Shown here: in pieces, positions 8,723-17,922 of the stretch
Layout: each line of letters opens with the position of its first letter
Numbering within the stretch: the stretch's first letter is position 1
Virus record (IMG/VR): IMGVR_UViG_3300020021_000016
Location: 1-55,005 of that record
DNA from: a virus
Taxonomy: Duplodnaviria; Caudoviricetes
Reading direction: 5' to 3' (one strand)
DNA length: 55,005 bases
Translations under genes and position numbers: made by a program
The notes under the pieces: model-generated
Database searches by the model: none
What the model saw: the letters and a program-made list of their open reading frames with translations, nothing else
What the model was told of the DNA's origin: nothing

Positions 8723-10387
8723 ATGTCGTGGCTCGGCCGCGTGTTTCGTCGGGACTCAGCTCAGCGGGAGCTAAAGCAGCTCAGGGCAGCGCCCGAGCTC
8801 AGCGCAGCGCTCGCGCAGGTGAAGCAGCTCGCCTCGCGGATGGACGGCTACCGCAACCTGATCAGCGGACTCGGCACGATGCTCGACAAGAGCCGCGGTG
8901 GATGGACCGAGGTCGATGTCGTCAACGATCAGGAAGCCAAGGACCTCTGGCTTGGCAGCGACATGGCCGCACGGATCATCGAGACCTATCCGGTCGAGGC
9001 GATGCGGCGCGGGTACCGCATCAAGATCGCGACCGACGACACGGAATCGACCGACGAAGCGGACGAGGCCCGCGAGAAGGCGGAGGCGATCGTCGCGCGC
9101 GGTGAAGAGCTGCGGCTGAACGAGCACATCACGCGTGCGATGCAGTACCGCCGCGCGTACGGCGGCGCCGCGCTGTTCCCAGTGATCGACGGCGCGCAGG
9201 GTTCGCTCGCCCAGCCCCTCGCCGAGAACCGCATCTCGAAGATCCTGGCGCTGCACCTGCTCGAGCCGCGCGAGCTCCAGCCGTACAGCTGGTACAACGA
9301 CCTCAACGATCCGAAGTTCGGCAAGCCCAAGCACTACGTGGTGATGCCGATCGTCGCCGGCGGGATGTCGATTCCGCTGCAGCTGATCCACGAAAGCCGG
9401 CTGATCATCTTCCAGGGCAAGAAGATCACGCGGCTTCATCAGGCCGGCACACGTCTGGGCTGGGGCGACAGCGTGCTCACACCGGTGAAGCAGGTGCTGC
9501 TCGACTTCGATGCGGCGTGGAGCTCGGCGGCCGCTCTGATGCAGGACTTCGCGCAGGCCGTGCTGAAGCTTGATGGCTTCGACGAGCTGATGGCGCAAGA
9601 CCAAGACGCTGTCGCTCGCGATCGCATCGCGCAGATCGACATGATCCGGTCGCTGCTACGGATGGTCGTCATCGGCACGAAGGACGAGTTCGAGCGCAAG
9701 CAGACGCCGCTCTCGCAGCTACCAGAGCTTCTCGATCGGTTTGCAGTTCGACTCGCCGCCGCCGGCGACATGCCGGTCACGCGCTTGATGGGCCAGAGCC
9801 CGGCGGGCCTGAACGCGACCGGCGAGAGCGATCGCGCGTTCATGTACGACCGCGTGGCGCACGAGCAGAACAGCGTCGAGCCCGAGGTCGATCATGGCCT
9901 CCGCCTGATCATGTTGGAAATAGAGGGCCCGTGCGAAGGCAAGGAGCCCGACAACTGGTGCATCGACTGGCTGCCGGTGTGGCAGCCGAGCGAGAAGGAC
10001 CAGGCGCAGACGCGGTTCTTCATCGCGCAAGCCGACGACCTGTGGATCAACAACCAGACGGTCACGCCCGAGGAAGCGGCGTCGCACTGGCACGGCGACA
10101 CGTTCTCGCCGGAAATCCAGCTCGACTGGAAAGCTCGCGCACAGATGAAGGCGCTCAACGAGGCAACGCCCGAGCAGGTCGCGCCGACGCCCCTCCTCGG
10201 TCCCGACGGACAGCCCGTGCTCGGGCCAGACGGCAAGCCGATCATGCAACCGCCGCCGCAGCCCAAGAAGCCGCCGAGCGAGACGATGCCGAAGGCGCAA
10301 GGCACTTCGCCCGTGTCACCGCCGCCGGTGAACGGCACCCCACCGAACGGCGCGGCCAAGCAGCGTCAGGTGAACGGTGGCGGGTAG
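8723..10387 (+). CDS. Portal protein (DUF1073-like) with Pro-rich C-terminal tail
   Basis: Follows TerL; RMDGYRNL..GLG, AYGGAA, IHESRL, GWGDSVL, PVTRLMGQSPAGLNATGESD. Confidence 0.9.
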   Translation: MSWLGRVFRRDSAQRELKQLRAAPELSAALAQVKQLASRMDGYRNLISGLGTMLDKSRGGWTEVDVVNDQEAKDLWLGSDMAARIIETYPVEAMRRGYRIKIATDDTESTDEADEAREKAEAIVARGEELRLNEHITRAMQYRRAYGGAALFPVIDGAQGSLAQPLAENRISKILALHLLEPRELQPYSWYNDLNDPKFGKPKHYVVMPIVAGGMSIPLQLIHESRLIIFQGKKITRLHQAGTRLGWGDSVLTPVKQVLLDFDAAWSSAAALMQDFAQAVLKLDGFDELMAQDQDAVARDRIAQIDMIRSLLRMVVIGTKDEFERKQTPLSQLPELLDRFAVRLAAAGDMPVTRLMGQSPAGLNATGESDRAFMYDRVAHEQNSVEPEVDHGLRLIMLEIEGPCEGKEPDNWCIDWLPVWQPSEKDQAQTRFFIAQADDLWINNQTVTPEEAASHWHGDTFSPEIQLDWKARAQMKALNEATPEQVAPTPLLGPDGQPVLGPDGKPIMQPPPQPKKPPSETMPKAQGTSPVSPPPVNGTPPNGAAKQRQVNGGG

Positions 10388-11732
10388 GCTCGCAGCGCTT
10401 CCACCAGCAGCACAGCACGTGGTCGCGATGCTGCGGATGCATCGTACGATCGGGACGGCGAAGCGACGATCGCGAATCCCGCGGTCGCGTCACCCGGCCG
10501 CGGTCGAGCTCGCCTACGGGACCGCGCTCGTGAACCTCGTCAAGATGGCGCGCGCAGCTGCGGCGCCGGCCGTCGCCGAGCTCGCGAACGTCCTGGCATC
10601 GGCCAAGGTGGCGCGCGGTGACGCCTACACGACGCCCGAGCAGACACTGGCGCCGCTCGAGGTAGAGCGCTTCGCCGGCTTCTGGATCGTGATCGAGAAC
10701 CCCGTCGGCTCGGTGCGGAACTGGCGGCAGCCAGATGGCTCGACCGGCACGACGGTGATGCTCCACCCGTACGGCTACATCGATGGCGCGATCGGCGCGG
10801 ACGGCGAAGAAGTCGACGTCTACCTCGGTCCCGACGAGAGCGCGCCATGGGTCTACATCGTTCACCAACAGAAGGCGCCAGCGTTCGACACGTACGACGA
10901 AGACAAGGTGATGCTCGGCTTCGCGAGCGCCGACGACGCGAAGAACGCCTATCTCGGTCAGTACAGCGACCCCCGGTTCTTTGGCGGCATGACCATGATG
11001 TCCGTCGACAACTTCCGCACCGCGATCGCGCACGCCACCGAGGGCCGGAAGATCACGCACGCCGATCGCGTCGACGCCGGCGAGGGCGCACGAGCTCGGC
11101 AGCTCGTCGACCGCGCTCGTCAACAGTTCCAGACGGCCGTGCACCCGAACGCGATCGATACGCTCGCAGGCAAGTTCGGCAAGCGCACGTCCGACGTCCA
11201 GCTCGCATTGTTCAAACGACAGGCCCGTGCAGCGCTGGGCATCGACATCTCGACGCTCGACAAAGGGTTGCCAACCCTGATCGGACATTTCGCCGCCGAG
11301 AACGTGTCGTTGATCAAGTCGCTCGGCAACAAGACCTTCGACGACATCGAGAAGCTCGCCACACGCGCGGTTACCAGCGGTACGCGGCATGAGGAGATGG
11401 CGGCCGATATGGAGGAGCGATTCGGGATCGCGGAGCGGCACGCGCGCCTCATCGCGCGCGATCAGATCGGAAAGCTGAACGGTCAGGTCACGAGGGCTCG
11501 ACACAAGGAGGTCGGGATCAACAAGTTCACGTGGCGAACCGCCGGCGACGAACGCGTTCGACCGGAGCACGATGATCTCGACGGGCAAGAGTTCAGTTAC
11601 GACGACCCGCCCTCCGAAGGGCTACCAGGCGAACCCGTATGCTGCCGGTGCGGTGAGGATCCGGTCTTCGACGATTTGCTCGGCGCCGCGGATGACGACG
11701 AGGACGACGACTCGGACTCCGAGGACAACTAG
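10377..11732 (+). CDS. MuF/SPP1 gp7-like minor head protein with inserted pyrophosphatase-like domain
   Basis: C-terminal ARLIARDQIGKLN, WRTAGDERVRPEH, PGEPVCCRC; insert IENPVGSVR...YGYI....GADGEEVDVY...DEDKVMLGF. Confidence 0.88.
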   Translation: MAGRLAALPPAAQHVVAMLRMHRTIGTAKRRSRIPRSRHPAAVELAYGTALVNLVKMARAAAAPAVAELANVLASAKVARGDAYTTPEQTLAPLEVERFAGFWIVIENPVGSVRNWRQPDGSTGTTVMLHPYGYIDGAIGADGEEVDVYLGPDESAPWVYIVHQQKAPAFDTYDEDKVMLGFASADDAKNAYLGQYSDPRFFGGMTMMSVDNFRTAIAHATEGRKITHADRVDAGEGARARQLVDRARQQFQTAVHPNAIDTLAGKFGKRTSDVQLALFKRQARAALGIDISTLDKGLPTLIGHFAAENVSLIKSLGNKTFDDIEKLATRAVTSGTRHEEMAADMEERFGIAERHARLIARDQIGKLNGQVTRARHKEVGINKFTWRTAGDERVRPEHDDLDGQEFSYDDPPSEGLPGEPVCCRCGEDPVFDDLLGAADDDEDDDSDSEDN

Positions 11733-11777
11733 CGAAACGGCGGACCATCGCTCGCCGCCGCGTGCAGCCTCGCGGGT

Positions 11778-12044
11778 ATGACGAACGACCCGCCCAAAGC
11801 CTCTGGCACGATCCCGCCACCGAACCAGATCAAGCCGCCGGCGCAGTCGGCGCCGCCGCCCGAGCCGCCGCCCGAGCCGAGCGTGGTCGTGCAGCCCTCG
11901 GTGGCCGCCAAGCCAGCGGAGCCCGAGTCCGAGCGCCGCGTGACCCAAGCACCGCCGACGCGGAAGGCGAAGGCATCGGGCGACCCGCGGCCGTGGATCA
12001 ACCCGAACGCGCGGTGGCAGGACTTCAAGCCGTGGCGATCGTGA
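11778..12044 (+). CDS. Pro-rich hypothetical protein
   Basis: Coupled by GTGA to the groES-like gene. Confidence 0.5.
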   Translation: MTNDPPKASGTIPPPNQIKPPAQSAPPPEPPPEPSVVVQPSVAAKPAEPESERRVTQAPPTRKAKASGDPRPWINPNARWQDFKPWRS

Positions 12045-12439
12045 ACGCATTGACGCCACAGCTCGCCTACCGACGTGAGATCGATGCGCGCGAGGTCCTC
12101 GATCCGCACACCATCGTCGAGGCATCGCCGGGCCGGTTCATCCCCTGCGATGACCGCCTGGTCGTCCAGCTCGACCCGCTCTCGAAGACGACCGCGAGCG
12201 GGCTCGTGCAGCTGCCGGATCGGATCGCCGAGTGGACGGCATATGGCACCGTGATCGCCGTCGGTCCCGGTGCCCGCGATCGTCACGGCAACCGCGTCCC
12301 GCTCGACCTGGTTGTCGGCGATCGGGTCGTGTTCGACTGGCGCCCGTCGCACGAGGAGCTGGCGATGGCGAAGTACTTCGGCCCGCGCACCATCCTGCTC
12401 AAAGAAGACGAGATCGTCGGCGTGATCGAAGACGACTAA
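12041..12439 (+). CDS. groES: GroES/Cpn10-like co-chaperonin
   Basis: PCDDRLVV..TTASGLVQLP...GTVIAVGPG...G.RVPLDLVVGDRVVF...LLKEDEIVGVI. Confidence 0.88.
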   Translation: MNALTPQLAYRREIDAREVLDPHTIVEASPGRFIPCDDRLVVQLDPLSKTTASGLVQLPDRIAEWTAYGTVIAVGPGARDRHGNRVPLDLVVGDRVVFDWRPSHEELAMAKYFGPRTILLKEDEIVGVIEDD

Positions 12440-12452
12440 ATGCGGAGTGACG

Positions 12453-12474
12453 TGGTGGCTCGCCATCACGTTGC
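12453..12474 (+). promoter_or_regulatory. Intergenic stem-loop before the head protease gene
   Basis: ACGTGGTGGC-TC-GCCATCACGT inverted repeat with one G-U pair; no U-tract. Confidence 0.4.
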
Positions 12475-12500
12475 GTCGCGTGATACAGCCGGGTCAACGG

Positions 12501-13793
12501 ATGGACGAGGCGACGATGCGCACTGGCGGCGCGACGTCGTTCGGCTTCCGAACGGACATCGGCACCCTTCGCCCGCCGCGGCGGATGGATGACGGTCGGC
12601 TCGTCGCCGACGCCCACATCACGAAGCCCGGCATCTTCGAGTACCCCGATGCCTCGATGCCTGGTGGCATCCGGCGCGAGCTCCGCGAGCCGAAGGAAGT
12701 CTTCGACCAAGCCTCGCTCGACAGCTTCTCGATGGTGCCGATCACGAACAAGCACCCGCCCGTGATGCTCAACAGCGACAACGCGAAGTCGTACATGGTT
12801 GGCTCGACCGGCGAGCGGATCACGCGCGACGACGATCACGTCAAGGCGCCGGTGATGGTCACCGATGCGAAGACGATCGCCGAGCTCGAAAAGGGCGACG
12901 TCGAGGTCAGTTGCGGCTACGCGTGCGAGGTCGAGGAGACCCCTGGCGTGCATCCGGTGTACGGCAAGTACGACGCAGTCCAGCGGAACATCCGCGGCAA
13001 CCACCTCGCGGTCGCGGTCGGAGCTGCTCGCGCCGGCCGCACGGCTCGTGTCCGCATGGACGCCGAGCTGAGCGCGGATGAACGCGCCATCAAGGCACGA
13101 GGCGACAAGGAAAAGATCACCGCGGCTCGAAACCCGCTCGGAGGAACCATGGACCCGAAGCAGCAAGAGAAATACGACTCGGACCTCCGAGCGCTCGGCG
13201 TGTCGCGCGACAGCGAGAAGCAGCGCGCCGATGCAGCCGAGACCGAGGCCAAGACCCTCAAGGGTCGCGCCGAAGAAGCCGAATCGTCGGTGAAGGCGCT
13301 CAAGTCTCGCATCGATCAGCTCAACGCCGAGCTCGCAGAGAGCCGGACGGCGTCCGAGACCGTCGAGATCAAGAAGCTCAAGGACCGCGTCGACACGGCC
13401 GAAGCGGCGGTCTCGCGCTTCGACGAGACCCTCAAGACCAAGGTGCGCGCGCGCGCCAAGCTCGAGCGCGAAGCGTCCATCGTCCTCGGACCCGACTTCC
13501 GGATGGACGACCTCGACAACCGTCAGGTCCGAGTCGCCGCGATCAAGCGCATGGACTCGTCGATGGACGTCTCCGAGTCGGTGTCGAAGGACGGCGTCAA
13601 GGGCATCTTCAACACGCTCATCGAGCAGAAGATTCGCCACGCCGACTCGATGGCCGCGACCGCGCAGGTGCTCTCGGAGACTCACCGCGAGAAGCCGCGT
13701 CAGGACCAGCACGACGAGCTCGAGGACATCTCGCGCAACGCGTGGAAGCACCCGCTCAAGATCACCCGCTACTCCGACGCGAAGAGGAGCTGA
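12501..13793 (+). CDS. DUF2213-like prohead protease/scaffold
   Basis: PITNKHPP, VSCGY, QRNIRGNHLAV...ARAG...RMD, then a coiled coil; start could be 12516. Confidence 0.87.
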   Translation: MDEATMRTGGATSFGFRTDIGTLRPPRRMDDGRLVADAHITKPGIFEYPDASMPGGIRRELREPKEVFDQASLDSFSMVPITNKHPPVMLNSDNAKSYMVGSTGERITRDDDHVKAPVMVTDAKTIAELEKGDVEVSCGYACEVEETPGVHPVYGKYDAVQRNIRGNHLAVAVGAARAGRTARVRMDAELSADERAIKARGDKEKITAARNPLGGTMDPKQQEKYDSDLRALGVSRDSEKQRADAAETEAKTLKGRAEEAESSVKALKSRIDQLNAELAESRTASETVEIKKLKDRVDTAEAAVSRFDETLKTKVRARAKLEREASIVLGPDFRMDDLDNRQVRVAAIKRMDSSMDVSESVSKDGVKGIFNTLIEQKIRHADSMAATAQVLSETHREKPRQDQHDELEDISRNAWKHPLKITRYSDAKRS

Positions 13794-13796
13794 TCC

Positions 13797-14336
13797 ATGA
13801 CGATGACCATTCCCCAGACCACGGTGAACATCAACCAGTCGATCGGCATCGTCGGCCAGCTCTCCGACTTCCGCACGGCGGCGAACGGCGGCGTCGACAC
13901 CGCGATCAACACCGACGTCGTCGATATCGGCTTCGGCATCTTCGTGGTCCGCGATGCGGCGCACGAGCCGAAGGGCGCCAAGCTGCCCTCCGCGGCGAAC
14001 CAGGTGCTCAAGGGCATCGCGGTCCACTCGCACAGCTTCGAGCGCAAGACGGAGCTCTTCTCCGACGGGCTCACGCCAACCACCGTGTTCGGCGTGCTTC
14101 GTCGCGGTCGAGCGTTCGTCAACGTCACCGAGGCAGTCGCGCCGACCGATCACGTTCGCGTCCAGATGGTCGCCGAGTCCGGCCACGCGGTCGGCACGCT
14201 CCGCAAGACCGCGTCGGCGGGCAAGACGATCGATATCACCGGCTTCGCCTCGTGGTCGATCGGCAACACCGGCGTCAACACCACGGCCGAGATCGACGTC
14301 GATCTGAACAACGTCTCGCTCGCCACCGCGGACTGA
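13797..14336 (+). CDS. Capsid decoration/cement protein
   Basis: Between scaffold and MCP; GAGGAG SD; beta-rich; IGFG..VVR, VLRRGRAFV. Confidence 0.75.
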   Translation: MTMTIPQTTVNINQSIGIVGQLSDFRTAANGGVDTAINTDVVDIGFGIFVVRDAAHEPKGAKLPSAANQVLKGIAVHSHSFERKTELFSDGLTPTTVFGVLRRGRAFVNVTEAVAPTDHVRVQMVAESGHAVGTLRKTASAGKTIDITGFASWSIGNTGVNTTAEIDVDLNNVSLATAD

Positions 14337-14362
14337 CCCGGAACCGGAGAGGACCAAGCGCC

Positions 14363-15349
14363 ATGAAGATTTCCCCAAAGCGCCTCCGCTTCGATTCGCG
14401 GAAGGCCCAGCTCATTCTGAGTCAGCACCTCGATGCCGACGACACCGTCTTCGTGCTGCGCGACCTCGAGTCGCGCGACACGACGCAGTACGACATCTTG
14501 TTCTCGGGCAACCTCGCCCGGCAGTACATCCCGGATCAGCCCGGCGTCGACCCCACGGCCAACGTCTACACGTACAAGATGTACGAGAAGACCGGCAACG
14601 CGAAGGTCGTCGGCCCAAACGCGAACGACCTTCCGCGCGCCGGCGTGCAGGCGGGCGAGCGCTCGATCAACGTCAAGCAGATTCCGGCCGAGTTCGGCTG
14701 GACGGTTCGTGAGATCCAGCAAGCGCGCAAGGTCGGCGTGCCGCTCGACGACATGTCACAGCAGGCCGCGAAGCGGATGATCGACTTCGAGCAGGACGAC
14801 ATGCTCGCGAACGGCGATTCGACGCTCGGCATCGTCGGGCTCTACAACATCGCCGGCGTCAACTCGTTCGTCGCGACCGACAAGGGCGGCGGTGCGAAGG
14901 ACTGGACGACGGCCGCCGATCCGAAGCTGATGCTCGCCGACATCAACACGCTCGTGAAGAGCACGCGCGCGCAGCTCAAGCAGGCCGGCGACCAGAGCGT
15001 AATGTTCCCGAAGTTCCGGGTCATCCTGTCGAGCAACGACTACGGCGTTGGCATCGACACGCCGCGATCGGACAACTCCGACACGACGATCCTGACCTAC
15101 GCGAAGCAGAACAACCCGTGGATCGAAGACATCTACGAGTGGTGGCGCGGCGACACGGCCATCGCAGGTGCGAGCGCGATGGTCTGCTTCCCGCCTGACC
15201 CGGCGGCGCTCGCCGGCATCGTGCCGGTCGAGATGCAGATGCTGCCTCCGCAGTTCTCAGGGATGAACATCAACATCCCCTGCTACGGATCGTGCGGCGG
15301 CATCGTCTGCCGCTACGCCGTGGCAGTCGGATACATGGCGACGCACTGA
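14363..15349 (+). CDS. Major capsid protein (DUF2184-like, HK97 fold)
   Basis: 328 aa; DLPRA, FGWTVREI..A...GVPL, GD...GI.GLYN, CGGIVCRY; position in head operon. Confidence 0.9.
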   Translation: MKISPKRLRFDSRKAQLILSQHLDADDTVFVLRDLESRDTTQYDILFSGNLARQYIPDQPGVDPTANVYTYKMYEKTGNAKVVGPNANDLPRAGVQAGERSINVKQIPAEFGWTVREIQQARKVGVPLDDMSQQAAKRMIDFEQDDMLANGDSTLGIVGLYNIAGVNSFVATDKGGGAKDWTTAADPKLMLADINTLVKSTRAQLKQAGDQSVMFPKFRVILSSNDYGVGIDTPRSDNSDTTILTYAKQNNPWIEDIYEWWRGDTAIAGASAMVCFPPDPAALAGIVPVEMQMLPPQFSGMNINIPCYGSCGGIVCRYAVAVGYMATH

Positions 15350-15405
15350 GCGCCGCCGCTGTCGACGACGAGACGTGAGACCGCGCCGCTGATCGGCGGC
15401 GTTAT

Positions 15406-15477
15406 TGCGCGCTAGGGAAGCGGTACCCCGCTTGGTTCATACCCAAGAGACGCCCGGTTCGACTCCGGGGTGCGCTA
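15406..15477 (+). tRNA. tRNA with CAT anticodon (initiator Met-like)
   Basis: Cloverleaf: acceptor TGCGCGC/GTGCGCT (1:72 mismatch), D stem GGG/CCC, anticodon arm CTTGG-TTCATAC-CCAAG, T arm CCCGG-TTCGACT-CCGGG, A73; CCA not encoded. Confidence 0.85.
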
Positions 15478-15521
15478 CGACTTCAATGCAGCACCTGGCC
15501 GACATCGGGCGGAGCTGACGC

Positions 15522-15893
15522 GTGGCCGCGATCGTGTGGGCCGACGTCACCGCGATCGCGCCCGAGCTCGTGTCGATCAAGCCGGCGGCGCAGGGCATCA
15601 TCCTCGCAGAGGTCAACACCGCGCTCGACGTGACGGTGTTCGGCAAGCTCGGCGAGGATTCGCCGAAGCTCAAGCTCGCGCGCATCTACCTCGCCGCGCA
15701 TCTCGCTTCGGTCGGCCCGGTCCTTGGCATCGTCAGCAAGGAGGTCGAGGGCGGCCTCGAGATCGACTACATGTTGCCGCCGATACCGGTCGGCGACGAC
15801 CCCTTCTACTACCGCACCGGATACGGCGCCGGATATCGCTCGATCATTCGGTCGACGAGGGCGCGATTGCCGTACGTGCCGGGGCTGCGCTGA
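15522..15893 (+). CDS. Head-tail adaptor (DUF4054-like)
   Basis: YLAAHL, SKEVEG.LEIDY, T.YG..Y motifs; follows MCP. Confidence 0.78.
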   Translation: MAAIVWADVTAIAPELVSIKPAAQGIILAEVNTALDVTVFGKLGEDSPKLKLARIYLAAHLASVGPVLGIVSKEVEGGLEIDYMLPPIPVGDDPFYYRTGYGAGYRSIIRSTRARLPYVPGLR

Positions 15894-15947
15894 TGTCGCA
15901 CGCGGTATCGACGGAGTGCACCCGGCCGCCAACAGCAGTCTGCGCGC

Positions 15948-16406
15948 GTGACCAAGGAGCTGGGTGCAGCGCTCGACGACCGCGTGTGGCGAACGCTGCG
16001 CGCGAAGGTCGCCGACATCGCGAACCACAAGGTCAAGGTCGGCTGGCTCGACGATGGGCAGGAGCACGACGGGATCACGCTGGCCGAGCTCGCCGTGATC
16101 CACGAGTTCGGCACCGAGAACATCCCGGCGCGCGAACCGATGCGGCGTACCTTCACCGAGCCCGAGGGTGTCGAAGAGAACGCGAAGATCTGCACGCGGC
16201 TCGCGCGCTCGCTGATCAACGACAAGCTCGAGGTCGAGCAAGCGCTCGGGCTGCTCGGTGCGTGGGGCGTCAGCGCGGTGCAGCGCCGAATCAAGATGGG
16301 GTTGTGGCCGCCGCTTCAGCCGGCGACGGTCGCGGCGAAGGGCAGCAGCACGCCTTTGATCGACACCGCGGCTCTAGTCAATGGACTTACGTGGGTGGTG
16401 GCCTGA
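15948..16406 (+). CDS. Neck/virion morphogenesis protein
   Basis: VKVG, LA.IHEFGT.NIPAR, KGSSTPLIDT. Confidence 0.8.
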   Translation: MTKELGAALDDRVWRTLRAKVADIANHKVKVGWLDDGQEHDGITLAELAVIHEFGTENIPAREPMRRTFTEPEGVEENAKICTRLARSLINDKLEVEQALGLLGAWGVSAVQRRIKMGLWPPLQPATVAAKGSSTPLIDTAALVNGLTWVVA

Positions 16407-17038
16407 TGGGCTTCGCGTCGATGATCACTTCGACGTTCAAGACCGGCGACTACGTCGTGCGCCGATACGCCACCGGCGCGCTCGATTCGAGCGGGCGCTA
16501 TCTGCCCAGCGCGGACACGGATCTCGATGTGACCGCGGTCGATGTGGTCGCGGACACGCTGACGATCGTCGGTCACGACCTCGCCACCGGCGATGGCCCG
16601 CTCTGGTTCTCGGTCCCGGACCCGACGGTCGACGTCCTGCCGACGCCGCTGGATGCGAGCTTGCCGAACTGGGCGATCTTCGTCGACGTCGACACGATCC
16701 AGGTCGCGGCCTCGAAAGCCGACGCGATCGCGCTGATCCCGATCGACCTGACCGACATCGGCCTCGGCGCGTTCCCGCACCTGTCCAACTCGTTCATCGC
16801 TCCGGGCTCGGTGCAGGCGCTCGGCGACGACGAGCTCCGCGATCTGCCCGAGGGCCAGAGCACCGAAGACATGCGGCAGCTCTTCACCATCGTCGAGCTC
16901 CGCGAGCGGACCAACGACAACGACCCCGACGTCGTGCTCGTCGACGGCAAGCACTTCCGCGTCAACAAGGTGCGCCACTACGGCACGCTGAGCGGCGGCC
17001 ACTACGTCTCGACGATCGAGAAGCTGGAGATCCTGTGA
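16406..17038 (+). CDS. Head closure/stopper-like protein with inserted ~80-aa module
   Basis: TGATG overlap; GSVQAL...L..LPEG...PDVV.VDG..FRV core interrupted by a GHDLATGDGP module. Confidence 0.72.
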   Translation: MGFASMITSTFKTGDYVVRRYATGALDSSGRYLPSADTDLDVTAVDVVADTLTIVGHDLATGDGPLWFSVPDPTVDVLPTPLDASLPNWAIFVDVDTIQVAASKADAIALIPIDLTDIGLGAFPHLSNSFIAPGSVQALGDDELRDLPEGQSTEDMRQLFTIVELRERTNDNDPDVVLVDGKHFRVNKVRHYGTLSGGHYVSTIEKLEIL

Positions 17039-17922
17039 CGGACGCGATCTCCTGGGGCACGATCCTGCCCGCGGTCCGCGCGTGGGTCGCGGACGGGTCC
17101 GGCCTCGATCCGTCGAAGTGCATCCTCGCGAGGACGGGTGCAGGTCGGCCAACGCCACCGCACATCGAGATCGACTGTGACGACGTTCGCTCCGTGGCGC
17201 ACGACTGGTCGACACGCGAAGCGAACCAGCTCGTGTTCGCACCGCAGGTCGTCACGCTCGTCGACCCGGCGACGGACCGGCTGACGATCATCGGCCACGC
17301 GCTCGAGCTCGGCGACGGCGCCGTCCATATCTCCACGGGCGGCGTTGCTCCGGGCGGGCTCGCGATCGACACCGACTACTGGGTGGTAGTCGTCGACGCG
17401 AACCACGTCCAGCTCGCGGAGACCTTCCTCGATGCGATGGCCACGCCGCCCGTTGTCATCGACATCACGAGCGCCGGCAGCGGCGGGCTCAGCGTGATCA
17501 CGACGACCGTCGCCGAGCGCGTCGGTGAAGAGGTCAACCACATCGTCCAGGGCATCCGCGAGATGAACGTCACGCTGACGTGCTTCGGAGAGAAGGGCAC
17601 GGACGTCACGCCGATGCGGATCTTGACGAACGTGCTCGCGGTGATTCCGTTCCACGTCGAGGACCTCAACAACGCGGGGTTCGGCGTCTCCGACCTCGGC
17701 GCCGGCTTCGCCCAGGGCGTGGTGCAGTCCATCCCCGGATCCCGCGGCGGCATCCTCGAGCCCCGCGCGCGCGTCCAGATCACCGGATACGTCAGCTCGT
17801 CGCTGACCCGGCTGGACAACTACATCGCGACCGTCGAGGCGACGGTCCACGCGCAGTCGGAGACCGGCGTCGATCTCGCAACCACGCCGGTCGTGTTCCA
17901 GCTCGAGCAAGGAGATGCCTGA
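17035..17922 (+). CDS. Tail terminator-like protein with inserted ~80-aa module
   Basis: GTGA overlap; immediately upstream of sheath; GHALELGDGA module. Confidence 0.7.
   Translation: MTDAISWGTILPAVRAWVADGSGLDPSKCILARTGAGRPTPPHIEIDCDDVRSVAHDWSTREANQLVFAPQVVTLVDPATDRLTIIGHALELGDGAVHISTGGVAPGGLAIDTDYWVVVVDANHVQLAETFLDAMATPPVVIDITSAGSGGLSVITTTVAERVGEEVNHIVQGIREMNVTLTCFGEKGTDVTPMRILTNVLAVIPFHVEDLNNAGFGVSDLGAGFAQGVVQSIPGSRGGILEPRARVQITGYVSSSLTRLDNYIATVEATVHAQSETGVDLATTPVVFQLEQGDA

Noticed and set aside
8723-10387. Anti-CBASS Acb1 nuclease label often attached to DUF1073 proteins
   Set aside because: No 2H phosphoesterase domain with paired HxT motifs is visible; the extension is a Pro-rich tail and the position is that of a portal.
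14363-15349. Encapsulin nanocompartment
   Set aside because: It lies within a full terminase-portal-protease-tail operon, so it is the phage capsid.
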